DNA of 64,000 nucleotides from an uncultured Desulfospira sp. (GTDB taxonomy: Bacteria > Desulfobacterota > Desulfobacteria > Desulfobacterales > Desulfobacteraceae). Below, piece by piece: positions 25,978-35,490 of the stretch (its first letter is position 1; each line of letters begins with the position of its first letter). The notes below the pieces were generated by a model that saw only the letters and a program-made list of their open reading frames with translations, ran no database searches and was not told the origin of the DNA. The stretch covers positions 128,001 to 192,000 of the forward strand of contig OY760175.1 in NCBI GenBank assembly GCA_963663165.1, given 5' to 3'. A program made the translations under genes and the position numbers.

Positions 25978-27525
25978 TTAAAATTTTGTGGGCCAGTTGG
26001 CCAGCCTGTGTTCGCTGATGCCCTTGTCCTTTGAGTTTCGGATAAGGTTTAAAACACTGATCAGGTAATTTCTAGTCTGCCGCGGGTCGATAATATCTTG
26101 AAGATAATAGTCACCGGCGGCCGGGTAGGGGGATAAATCGCCGATCATTTCATTGATTCTCTTTTCCCTTTGAGCAGTTGAAAGATTACCAAATACTACA
26201 TCCCCCGCAATCATTGGGTCCATAAATCCCATTTCCGCCGTGGGCCAGGCCACAATAAAGTCAGGACCGGAACCGGTGCCGCACATGTTGCCATGGGCCT
26301 GGCCGTAGCTTTTTCGGATGATGATGGATATTTTGGGTACGGTGACTTGAAAAAGCGCCTGCATGGCATTGACTACTTTTGCACTGACCTTGTTTAACTC
26401 AGCATTTTTTCCCACAAAATGGCCGGGTGTATCGTGTAAAAAAAGAAGGGGAATATTATAGGAATCTGAAAGACAGAGCATGCTTGTCAGTTTATCCAGT
26501 GCGTTGGTATCGGCTGCCCCCACATTTACCATCGGGTTATTGGCAATGATGCCGATAACTTCACCGTTGATCCGTGCAAAGCATGTTACCATCATGGTCC
26601 CGAGTTCCGGTTTTAATTCAAACAGTTTCCCGTTATCCACGAAACACTCGATAATACGGTGGATATCATAGGCTCGCTTACGATTTTCAGGCAGCAGGTC
26701 CAGGATATTGTCCAGCGGTTCATTGGACATTTTGGGAACAGGGCCCTTAGGCGGCAGTTCACCCGAATGGCTGGGCATAAAACTTAAGTATTCCCTGATG
26801 ATTTTAAAGCAGTGGTCTTCATCTTCGGCAACCTGATCCACCAATCCGGTTTTCTTTGAATGAATATCCCATCCCCCCATTTCTTCGGCGCTGTGTTTCT
26901 GGCCGATGGCACGTTCAAGTGCCCGGGGACCGGATATGGAAATACCACTGCCTTTCACCTGAACCACAAAGTCAGCCAGGCAGGCCTCAAAATCGGCAAC
27001 ACCATAACACTCCCCCATGGCGGCAAAAATAAAGGGCTGTTTCCGAAAATGGGTATACTCCGGCATCAGTCCGTTTAAATCACCACCGGTAAGAGACAGG
27101 ACCCCTTTTGATCCCTGGCAGTCAGGCATCCGGGCCCCCCCTGCTTCCCCTAGCCAGATCAGGGGTATCCCAAACCGGTCTTTGACCTGGGTTTTAAATT
27201 GCAGCACTTTTTTTAAATTAATTCTGGCATTTGTTGATGCCAGTACGGTAAAGTCATTGGCAACAATGCCCACATGACGGCCGTCTATCTGGCCAAATCC
27301 GCAAATAAGCCCGTCAGCCGGGGTTTTTTCTTCCATTCCAGGCCAGTCCGAGTGGGCAAACATGCCAAGCTCCAAAAAGGAGTCTTTATCCAGTAAACGG
27401 TCAATGCGTTCTCTGGCCGTATACCGTCCTTTATCATGTTGTTTTTTTATTTTTTCAGGACCCCCCATTTGAAGGGCTTTTTGACGCTTTTCTTCTAATT
27501 CTTCAAGCAGTTTTTCAAATGCCAT
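25978..27525 (-). CDS. Acyl-CoA carboxylase/decarboxylase carboxyltransferase (PccB/MmdA-like)
   Basis: GRYTARERIDRLLD, ANDFTVLA, GGARM, LHDTPG, RKSYG, AWPTAE, DIIDPRQTR; start ATG 27525 after AGGAG. Confidence 0.9.
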   Translation of the reverse strand: MAFEKLLEELEEKRQKALQMGGPEKIKKQHDKGRYTARERIDRLLDKDSFLELGMFAHSDWPGMEEKTPADGLICGFGQIDGRHVGIVANDFTVLASTNARINLKKVLQFKTQVKDRFGIPLIWLGEAGGARMPDCQGSKGVLSLTGGDLNGLMPEYTHFRKQPFIFAAMGECYGVADFEACLADFVVQVKGSGISISGPRALERAIGQKHSAEEMGGWDIHSKKTGLVDQVAEDEDHCFKIIREYLSFMPSHSGELPPKGPVPKMSNEPLDNILDLLPENRKRAYDIHRIIECFVDNGKLFELKPELGTMMVTCFARINGEVIGIIANNPMVNVGAADTNALDKLTSMLCLSDSYNIPLLFLHDTPGHFVGKNAELNKVSAKVVNAMQALFQVTVPKISIIIRKSYGQAHGNMCGTGSGPDFIVAWPTAEMGFMDPMIAGDVVFGNLSTAQREKRINEMIGDLSPYPAAGDYYLQDIIDPRQTRNYLISVLNLIRNSKDKGISEHRLANWPTKF

Positions 27526-27547
27526 TTGGATCTTTCTCCTCTTAGGG

Positions 27548-28915
27548 TCAACTGTACTCTTTGATAAAAACATCGGTTTTTCGCTTGGATCTTTCAAGTG
27601 TTCCGGGTCTGAGCCACTCAATGGACGGACGAATTTTCAACTTGTTATGCAGACGAAGGCTGATGTCATGGTCCAGACCTTTCAGGTCATCATCACGGAT
27701 ATCCGCGCCATGTTCGATTCTCAGCTTCAGCGGCGGGTCAACCCGGGGGGGCGGCTGGGTGAGTACGATGCGCATTTCTCCGGTTACCCGGGGAAAAAAG
27801 GCGGCCACCTCTTTTTTGATGGCAGCCGGATATACATTGGACCCTTTGACAATCAACATATCGTCCGATCGCCCGATAATTTTGACCCGGGGGCCTTTAA
27901 AGCCGCATCCGGGGCATTCTTTGGTAAAAACCTGTACAATATCCCCGTAGGCGTATTTAACCAGGGGACATGCCTTGCGGCGGAGCATTGTAACAACGAT
28001 TTCTCCGATGGCACCATCGGTTATTTCAATGGGTTTCTTGGTTACAGGATCAACCAGATCCTGATAGGTGGTGCATAAATGGGGCGCGTGGCAATGAAGC
28101 CCATAATATTCATTACTGTCACAGGAAACGCCGGCAGCAACGCCGCAAACCGCATAAAAATCATATGCCCGGCATCCATATAAATTTTCTATTTTCTGTT
28201 TAACCTCCGGGATGGACGCCCAAGGCTCACCCGTTAATTTCAACCCTTTGAATCCGAGCTCCCTGATATCCTTTTTCAGGATTTCAGGTGCTTTTTCCGC
28301 CAGGTACAGGGCCAGGGAAGGGGTACACAGCAGCCAGTTCGCTTTGGTGGTTTCGGCAAAGTTCAGTATCAATTCGCTGCCGGCGCGAACATCAATATCA
28401 ATGGGCAGGGCACCAATATGCCGCAGTCCCCATAATCCCATACTTGTGGCATAAATCCCCAAGGCAAAGCAGAACATCACCCGGTCCCCTTTTTCAATGC
28501 CGACAGTGGAGAACTGGAAGCCTAAAGTCGGGGCCAATACTTCCATATCTTTTTGGGTAAACGTATAGGTAAAGGTTGAAATACCAGTGGTTCCGGAAGT
28601 CGTTCCGGTCAGGTATACATCTTCAGGGGGCGCGCAAAGGTGCATTCCAAAAGGATGGCCGAACCTTTTCATTGATTCAAGATGATTTTCGCGTTCATGC
28701 TCCTTGGTCATCATAATGGGGAGGCGCTTTAAGTCATCCAGTGTTTTTATCTCCTCCGGCTCAACACCGATTTCATTAAATTTTTTTTTATAAAAATCCG
28801 AATGGTCATAACAATATTTAAGCTGCTCAGATAAATAGACCTCTTGCTCGCGACGGATTTCTTCCATCGACATGTGGTTATACTCGGGTATGGCGTAGGT
28901 AATCTTTCCATCCAT
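27548..28915 (-). CDS. Phenylacetate-CoA ligase (PaaK)-family adenylating enzyme; substrate uncertain
   Basis: HPFG, TTSGTTG P-loop, GEIVVT, PLVKYAYGD, GRSDDMLIVKGSNVYP. Confidence 0.88.
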   Translation of the reverse strand: MDGKITYAIPEYNHMSMEEIRREQEVYLSEQLKYCYDHSDFYKKKFNEIGVEPEEIKTLDDLKRLPIMMTKEHERENHLESMKRFGHPFGMHLCAPPEDVYLTGTTSGTTGISTFTYTFTQKDMEVLAPTLGFQFSTVGIEKGDRVMFCFALGIYATSMGLWGLRHIGALPIDIDVRAGSELILNFAETTKANWLLCTPSLALYLAEKAPEILKKDIRELGFKGLKLTGEPWASIPEVKQKIENLYGCRAYDFYAVCGVAAGVSCDSNEYYGLHCHAPHLCTTYQDLVDPVTKKPIEITDGAIGEIVVTMLRRKACPLVKYAYGDIVQVFTKECPGCGFKGPRVKIIGRSDDMLIVKGSNVYPAAIKKEVAAFFPRVTGEMRIVLTQPPPRVDPPLKLRIEHGADIRDDDLKGLDHDISLRLHNKLKIRPSIEWLRPGTLERSKRKTDVFIKEYS

Positions 28916-29077
28916 GAAACCGGTCCTCCATTGATATGATAAAACTTAAAATTAATATAACTATTCATCAGTGCCCCATCTTCAATTTAATTGAAATTAT
29001 AGGACAATTTGTTGCTTCAGGGCCGGATTAACAACCTGGCCGGCTTTTTTAAGGTTTTGCCCTTTAGGATATGGCCG

Positions 29078-30397
29078 TTACCGGGTTTGAAAAACCAGGT
29101 CCGGCAGCCACAATGCAATCTGAGGAAATACAATGACGATTATAAGGGCTAACAACTGAATTAAAACAAATGGAATCACACTTTTATACAGGTCTATCAT
29201 GGTGATGCCCGGGGGCACGATTGTTTTCAGATAAAACAGATTGAACCCAAAGGGCGGGGTCAGGTAAGCCATCTCCATATTAATCGTAAACAGGATGCCG
29301 AACCAGACCGGATCAAACCCAAGCTCTTTGATAATGGGAACAAAAATCGGAACCGTTATCATAATGATGCCGCCGGGATCCATGAGCATGCCAAGAAAAA
29401 TATAGGTCAACTGCATGCCTGCCAGAATCAAATAAGCTGAAAACGGCAACTGGGTGACCAGTTCCTTTATAAATGCTATGGCACCAACGCTGGTGTACAA
29501 GGACGCAAAACATGATCCGCCGATAATAAGCCAGACCACCATGCAGGAAAGATTTTGCGTATGGGCACAGGCTTCTTTGAGCATCTTCCAGGACAGCTTG
29601 CCCCGGATGGCCGCACAAAAAATACTGCCCATTGTGCCCATGGCAGCTGATTCAGTCGGTGTGCAAACGCCGGTCAGAATTGTCCCGATGACAAGAACGA
29701 TCAGCAAAAGGGGAATAATTCCGCCGGTCAGGGATTTAAACCGTTCATTCCAGCTAGGCACTTCCTCCTTTGGCATCTCAGGTCCCAAGTGAGGCTGAAA
29801 ATGGCATCTAAGACTGATATAGGCCATAAACATAACCGCCAGCAAAAGCCCTGGAAAAACTCCGGCGGCAAAAAGCCTGCCAATGGATTCCGAAGCAAAA
29901 ACGCCGTACACGATCATGAGTATACTCGGCGGTATGAGGATTCCTAACCCGGCACCCGCTGCGATGGACCCAATGGCAATGGATTTGTCATAGTTGTGCT
30001 TGAGCATTGCCGGAAGGGCAATGATTCCCATGGTGACGCAGGCTGCGGCACTGATGCCGACGCAGGCCGCAAAGACGGTACATACCGCTACCGTTCCTAC
30101 GGCCAGTCCGCCCCGCCATTTGCCGATCCACTTGTACATGATATCGTAAGCCTCTTCGGCCACACCCGAATGCTGCAGAACCATTCCCATAAAAATAAAC
30201 AATGGAATGGCAATAAGGACAAAATTATCCGTTACCCCGTATGCAACACTGAACACCATGCCCAACGCGGCAGGCTTCCATAACAGCAATATAAAAAGGC
30301 AAGCGACGCCTCCCATACAAAAAGCAATGGGTAACCCCAGCATAAGCAACACAATAAGGGACACAAATATAAGCAGGGTGACGGCTGTTACACTCAT
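29078..30397 (-). CDS. dctM: TRAP transporter large permease
   Basis: LIAIPLFIFMG, LGILIPPS, TPTESA, DPVWFG, LTPPFGFNLF. Confidence 0.93.
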   Translation of the reverse strand: MSVTAVTLLIFVSLIVLLMLGLPIAFCMGGVACLFILLLWKPAALGMVFSVAYGVTDNFVLIAIPLFIFMGMVLQHSGVAEEAYDIMYKWIGKWRGGLAVGTVAVCTVFAACVGISAAACVTMGIIALPAMLKHNYDKSIAIGSIAAGAGLGILIPPSILMIVYGVFASESIGRLFAAGVFPGLLLAVMFMAYISLRCHFQPHLGPEMPKEEVPSWNERFKSLTGGIIPLLLIVLVIGTILTGVCTPTESAAMGTMGSIFCAAIRGKLSWKMLKEACAHTQNLSCMVVWLIIGGSCFASLYTSVGAIAFIKELVTQLPFSAYLILAGMQLTYIFLGMLMDPGGIIMITVPIFVPIIKELGFDPVWFGILFTINMEMAYLTPPFGFNLFYLKTIVPPGITMIDLYKSVIPFVLIQLLALIIVIVFPQIALWLPDLVFQTR

Positions 30398-30894
30398 GAC
30401 GCATCCCCCTTAAATAGAATCCCAAGATCGGTTATGAACTTGGAAATACCCTGGAGCAACAGAAGAAAACATCCAATGGAGATCAAGATCTTCATATGGT
30501 ATACCGGCGGATTCCAGACAGTGCCGGAATGCTCGTCAAATTTAAGTGATTTCAGGCCGAACTCCCAACCCTTCCATGCCAGGGCAAAGCAGAAAAGAGC
30601 AAAGAACCAGAATGTCAGAACATCTAAAAAGGCCCGCCATCGTTTAGACAGAGTGCCGTAAAAAACATCCACATTGACATGGCCCTTTGACAGGAAGGTA
30701 ACCGCCCCTCCGAATATAATATAAATACCAAAGATCATGGCCGATAGTTCATGGGCCCAAAGCGTTGGCGATTTAAAGATATACCGTGCCACTACTTCAA
30801 AGCAGATAACCAGGCTCATAACGATAATCAAAAATGACGTAATTCTTCCTGCCAGTTCACTTAGAGAATTGATCAGGCGAAGCACAGAACCCAT
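30394..30894 (-). CDS. dctQ: TRAP transporter small permease
   Basis: Four TM segments, EVVARY, WAHE, HVNVD; ATGA overlap with dctM. Confidence 0.9.
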   Translation of the reverse strand: MGSVLRLINSLSELAGRITSFLIIVMSLVICFEVVARYIFKSPTLWAHELSAMIFGIYIIFGGAVTFLSKGHVNVDVFYGTLSKRWRAFLDVLTFWFFALFCFALAWKGWEFGLKSLKFDEHSGTVWNPPVYHMKILISIGCFLLLLQGISKFITDLGILFKGDAS

Positions 30895-30942
30895 TGTTTT
30901 CTCCCATGGTAACGGTTTAAAGATGTGTTAACGCGATATGGG

Positions 30943-32010
30943 TTACCATGGTAACGGCGTGATGCCCGGACAGATCTCTTTTTCCGTCATGTAGTCTTCA
31001 ACCATTTTCAGTACTTTTGCATTTAACGGGTGCTTTTCGCCCAGGTCCTTCAATGTTTTCTGTGCCAGCACCTTGGCCTGTTCCTGCTCTTCTTGCGGCA
31101 GTTTGACGATATTTACACCAAAATCCTTATGCATGAATTTAAGGGCCCTGTGATAAAATACCCGGGTTTGCGCGTCCGCTACTTTGCCTGTAAGCAAGGA
31201 CGCATTCTCAAATGCGGTTTGTTGTTCCGGTGAAAACGAATTCCAGACATCCAGATTGATGAGCACAACATTCCATGCCCCGATCAAGGGTTCCGGCAGC
31301 ATGTAGTTTTTCAATACTTCGTGAAACTTCATCTCCGACATGGGGCCTGCGTCTCCCCAGCTGGCACCGTCAACAACGCCCGTTGCAAGGCCTGTGTACA
31401 ATTCCGTGGCAGGAATAAAAACAACCGAAGCGCCTGCTTTTGAAAGCCAGGTGGCCAGCGTGCTGTGGCTTCGCATTTTGGTGCCTTTCAGATCGGCAAG
31501 GGTATTGATGGGTTTATTGCTCATCAGCCCGATATTATAAGACTCTACGGGAATGATATATAAATTATGTTTTTTAAATTCCTCCCTAAGGATTTGAATA
31601 TACCCCCGGTGCCACATGAAAACCTGGGCATCATGAAGATTTTCAAATGCATAGGGAAGGCCGCCCATGATTTCTGCTACCGGCACCAGGCCGGCACAAT
31701 ATCCGCCTACAAAATAGGCCATATCGATCATTCCCATACATGCGGCATTAATCATCTCTTTCACCGGGACCAGCGCACCGCCCGGAAAAGGGGTAATCTT
31801 GATCTCACCATGGGTTATTTTTTCCACCAAAGGACAAAAGCAATCCTGTGTGCAGCGCTTGAACTCATCTCCGGTAGAGAAATGCTGAAGCTTTAAGTTA
31901 AATGTCTTCTGGGCAGCCGGGCAAGGACTAAAAAGCATGAGACTGATCACAATGCCGATCATAAGACATTCAATACTTCGGGTACGCCCTGTTTTTCTTT
32001 GGTGTTGCAT
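30943..32010 (-). CDS. dctP: TRAP transporter substrate-binding protein
   Basis: Signal peptide, PGGALV, KPINTLADLKGTKMR, ELYTGLATGVVDG. Confidence 0.9.
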   Translation of the reverse strand: MQHQRKTGRTRSIECLMIGIVISLMLFSPCPAAQKTFNLKLQHFSTGDEFKRCTQDCFCPLVEKITHGEIKITPFPGGALVPVKEMINAACMGMIDMAYFVGGYCAGLVPVAEIMGGLPYAFENLHDAQVFMWHRGYIQILREEFKKHNLYIIPVESYNIGLMSNKPINTLADLKGTKMRSHSTLATWLSKAGASVVFIPATELYTGLATGVVDGASWGDAGPMSEMKFHEVLKNYMLPEPLIGAWNVVLINLDVWNSFSPEQQTAFENASLLTGKVADAQTRVFYHRALKFMHKDFGVNIVKLPQEEQEQAKVLAQKTLKDLGEKHPLNAKVLKMVEDYMTEKEICPGITPLPW

Positions 32011-32160
32011 GAGAAACCCTCCTTTAGGAATTAAAAATCAGCTACAATGGCGTTGCCTGTACAAAACAAAGAAACAACTCAAAACCTGCCGGGATTAAAC
32101 GACAGACTTGTAATCCTATTTTGGAAGGACGATGAAGAAATAACTCAAAGCAGCGTTTTT

Positions 32161-32736
32161 TCAGTCCGGATTCCGCTCTTCAAGCATCCCGTTAAAAAAG
32201 ATTTCAAAAAAAGTATCGCATAATTCTTGTATAGATTCCTTTCGCGAATAGTCAAACCAGTAAAACAACCAACTGCACATGCCGATCATTGAAAATGAGG
32301 TAAACGCGGTATTCAATTTCTTGGCTTCACCCGCTGCCTGCATTTCACTAATGGCATCAGATATAAAATCAAAGACGTCTCTCCATATTTTTTGAATTTC
32401 ACTATAATGTTCAGCAGTGAGTCGCCGGGTTTCATGAACCGACACGAACCCTACCGGCTCATTTGCCAGAAGTTTCAAATACCGCTCAAAAAAGAAAGCG
32501 ATCCGTTCCTTTGGCGACTCAATTTGCTTTGCCTTTTCAATGATAGGAAGGAATTCTTTCTCAATCTGATATCGGATGATCTCATACAGCAACTGTTCTT
32601 TGGTGATGAAATGATGGTAGAGCCCTCCTTTGCTCAGTCCAAGTTCTTTGGCAATTAACGACAACGGTGTGTTGTCATATCCTCTTTCCAGGATAATATT
32701 TAATGCACCGATATATATTTTTTCTTTTTCTTTCAA
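32161..32736 (-). CDS. TetR/AcrR-family regulator
   Basis: GYDNTPLSLIAKELGLSKGGLYHHF HTH; TTG start after GAAGG. Confidence 0.92.
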   Translation of the reverse strand: MKEKEKIYIGALNIILERGYDNTPLSLIAKELGLSKGGLYHHFITKEQLLYEIIRYQIEKEFLPIIEKAKQIESPKERIAFFFERYLKLLANEPVGFVSVHETRRLTAEHYSEIQKIWRDVFDFISDAISEMQAAGEAKKLNTAFTSFSMIGMCSWLFYWFDYSRKESIQELCDTFFEIFFNGMLEERNPD

Positions 32737-32774
32737 AATAGCCTTCTCTTTGCTTCAATTGAGGGTGATTTTAC

Positions 32775-32855
32775 AAACCGGCCGACCGGCTTGTTTTCTT
32801 AATAGTGCATTGGGTTTGCATATGTCAAGAAAAAACCGGCCGCCCGGCTTGTTTT
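32775..32855 (-). promoter_or_regulatory. Two candidate TetR operators flanking a sigma70-like promoter
   Basis: AAACCGGCCGNCCGGCTTGTTTT at 32775-32797 and 32833-32855; minus-strand TTGACA lies between them. Confidence 0.6.
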
Positions 32856-33056
32856 TTTTGACGGACAGGGATTAGTGACTTGAATTGCGGCCGTAAGGGA
32901 TACCAGACCCTGCCGGGCATTAAGCGGCTGGCAAATTTTGACATTCGCAAAATTAAATCGTATTTTGAATTTGAAACCGGGCAGATTCTTAAAATCGGAC
33001 AGGAACAAAATTTTTCAGACCAGTAGGGCGAATATGAATACAACAAGGAGAATAAA

Positions 33057-33710
33057 ATGGAATCCACCCCAATGCCGGCCATTATAACCATCAGCCGCCA
33101 GCTCGGCAGCGGCGGGGCCAGTATCGGCCAGAAACTGGCCCGGCGCCTTTGCCTGACCTTTGTAGACCGGCAGATCATTGTAGAGGCCGCTCCCAAATTA
33201 GCCATGCTTGAAAGTGAGGTTGAATCCAGGGAAGAACGAAAATTATCTTTTTTTGAAAATCTTCTGGCATCCATGGTCAATTATCCGGCGGGCATGGTTT
33301 ATGTGCCGCCGGAAATGCATGTGACCAGCGACAAGGCCATTTCCGAAATCCAGACCGAAATTATCAGGGAGATCTCACGGCAGCAGCCTTCCGTGATTAT
33401 CGGACGGGGCAGCGCCCATATCCTCAAAGACCATCCCCGGCATTTGAGCGTGTTTTTTCATGCGTCCATGCCCTTTCGCATTGACCGGGTCAAAGAGATG
33501 TATGACATGAGTGAGGAACAGGCCCGGGCCACGGTTGAAGAAAGCGATAAAAACCGCGCGGAATACAACAAAACCGTGAGCGGCCGGGAATGGCTGGATA
33601 TCCGCCGGTACCACCTTTGCGTTGATACCGGGGTCCTTGGCTTTGAACAGGCTGAAGAACTGGTGCTTGCCTGCGCCCGGCACCGGCTTGGCATTGAACC
33701 TCAAGGATAG
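33057..33710 (+). CDS. Cytidylate kinase-like family protein
   Basis: IITISRQLGSGG, VIIGRGS, YHLCVDTG; AAGGAG RBS. Confidence 0.88.
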   Translation: MESTPMPAIITISRQLGSGGASIGQKLARRLCLTFVDRQIIVEAAPKLAMLESEVESREERKLSFFENLLASMVNYPAGMVYVPPEMHVTSDKAISEIQTEIIREISRQQPSVIIGRGSAHILKDHPRHLSVFFHASMPFRIDRVKEMYDMSEEQARATVEESDKNRAEYNKTVSGREWLDIRRYHLCVDTGVLGFEQAEELVLACARHRLGIEPQG

Positions 33711-33774
33711 GCGGGTGAGCCCGGGCCGCCGGGAGCAACCCTTGAAATCATCCCCATCCTGATTTAGGCCGGGG

Positions 33775-34323
33775 TTATCCCTCTTGGATGTAGGTCCGGG
33801 CCAGGGGGCCGTCTTTGCGCCAGGCCCAGCAGGTGTCAATGAGATAGTCGTTGATGTTGACACGGGTCAGTTCTTTTCTTTCCTTGTTCCGACCTTTGAC
33901 GATCCAATAGCCTTGAAGCACCACCGGGGCCATGGAGATGAGCAGGGTGGTCAGATGGGTGCATCCCCTGATGCCGCCGGCCAGTTTTTTGACTTTCTGG
34001 GTAAATCCTGGCGCAATGACAAGCCCTTTGAGCTTGTCCAGGCTGTTTTCCATTTCCCGGCATATGTCGCTGTTGGGCACTGTGGGCATTTTGGCTTTGA
34101 TGTCGACGATTTTAAGTTCTGTGATGTTGACCAGCAGCTGAACCTGCATATGGTGATACATGCGCGGTTCAGACCGTTCTCCGGCCTTTCTGTAAACGGT
34201 GATCAGGTTTCTTTCCTTGAACTCCCCGGTGATGAGCAGATGTTCCGGGTCAACCACAAAAGTGGATAAATCAAAATTCCGGTTATGTATTTTTTCAAGG
34301 TTGTCTGTATCAAAAAAATCCAT
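33775..34323 (-). CDS. DUF2889-like protein
   Basis: IHNR, HHM, GCTHL and IDTC motifs; start set to ATG 34323. Confidence 0.75.
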   Translation of the reverse strand: MDFFDTDNLEKIHNRNFDLSTFVVDPEHLLITGEFKERNLITVYRKAGERSEPRMYHHMQVQLLVNITELKIVDIKAKMPTVPNSDICREMENSLDKLKGLVIAPGFTQKVKKLAGGIRGCTHLTTLLISMAPVVLQGYWIVKGRNKERKELTRVNINDYLIDTCWAWRKDGPLARTYIQEG

Positions 34324-34420
34324 GAGCTGTTTTTCTCTCTTTTTGGTGTGCCCTTCATTGGCGCAGATTCTTAAATTTTGAATGGGTTTATTTTTAGGGA
34401 GTGATAGGCCCGGGCTGGGT

Positions 34421-35314
34421 CTATGGCACAGCGGTTTCCCAGTAAAGCAAGTTGTCGTCAAAGAAAAGGGTTAAAGCGCCCTCGTTGTACAGGTAAGACA
34501 GAAAAGAGCGGACAGTGGAGCCCACCAGGGCGTACTGGCCGCAGTCAAGGGTGATGCCGAACCGGTCGCAGACGGCCTTTAACACATGGTCATAATGGGC
34601 CGGCCGGATCAGAATTTCCAGAAGCGCTGTCTCAAGATCCTGTACCACAGACAGGTTCAGGGCGGCCAGTTCGTCAATATCCGGTCTGATCCGGCCGTGG
34701 GAGGGCACATACCATGAGGCTGAAATTTTCTGAATCCGGGAAATGGAGGCCTTGAACGCCGCAACATCATAGATAAAGGGCAGTTTGTACTTTTCAAGAA
34801 CGGTTTTTCCGAACAGGGCATCGGCCGTAAACAGGACCTGATCTTTGGTTGAAAGGCCCATCATGTTGAAAAAATGGCCGTCCAGAACATGAAGGGTCAG
34901 TCCATCGGCCACCTGGCTGTCTTTGGTCAGGACATGGTCCACCGTTGAGGGAACGGCCTTGAAAAACCGGTTGTCCAGGTCCTTGACCGGTTTTCCGCCC
35001 CACAAAAAGGCGGTTTCCAGTTCCGGGTGTTCCGTAAAGGCCGCCTCAATGGCCGGGGCGTAAATGTCACAGGCAAGGTTGCGCTTAAGATAATCATTGC
35101 CCCCGATATGGTCGGCATTGGAATGGGTATTGATAATCCCGGAGAGCTGCCAGCCCATTTTTTTAAGGGCCTGGTTGATCTTTCGCCCGGCCTCTTTGCC
35201 ATTGCCGCTGTCCACAATAAACACACCGTCACTGGTGTCCATAAATCCGATATTGGTCGGCCCCTCCATCACCCAGGTGGCCGGCCCAAGCTGCGTTAGT
35301 TCTTTTACCGCCAT
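34421..35314 (-). CDS. MBL-fold metallo-hydrolase
   Basis: VDSG, THSNADHIGG, GH, ADA, PSHG. Confidence 0.9.
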   Translation of the reverse strand: MAVKELTQLGPATWVMEGPTNIGFMDTSDGVFIVDSGNGKEAGRKINQALKKMGWQLSGIINTHSNADHIGGNDYLKRNLACDIYAPAIEAAFTEHPELETAFLWGGKPVKDLDNRFFKAVPSTVDHVLTKDSQVADGLTLHVLDGHFFNMMGLSTKDQVLFTADALFGKTVLEKYKLPFIYDVAAFKASISRIQKISASWYVPSHGRIRPDIDELAALNLSVVQDLETALLEILIRPAHYDHVLKAVCDRFGITLDCGQYALVGSTVRSFLSYLYNEGALTLFFDDNLLYWETAVP

Positions 35315-35490
35315 TTAAAAATCCCCTTCATCAATGTCCGGCCATTGAACCTGATCAGCCGTTAAAAGTCAATGGTTTGAAAAAATAGGGATAAGGGTAA
35401 GATAATAATTGTTTGGCTTTTTTTTGATTTGTTTTGCTAACTTAAATTTAATTTGATTGGAATGTTGGTATCTGTTCCTATCGTGGGAGG

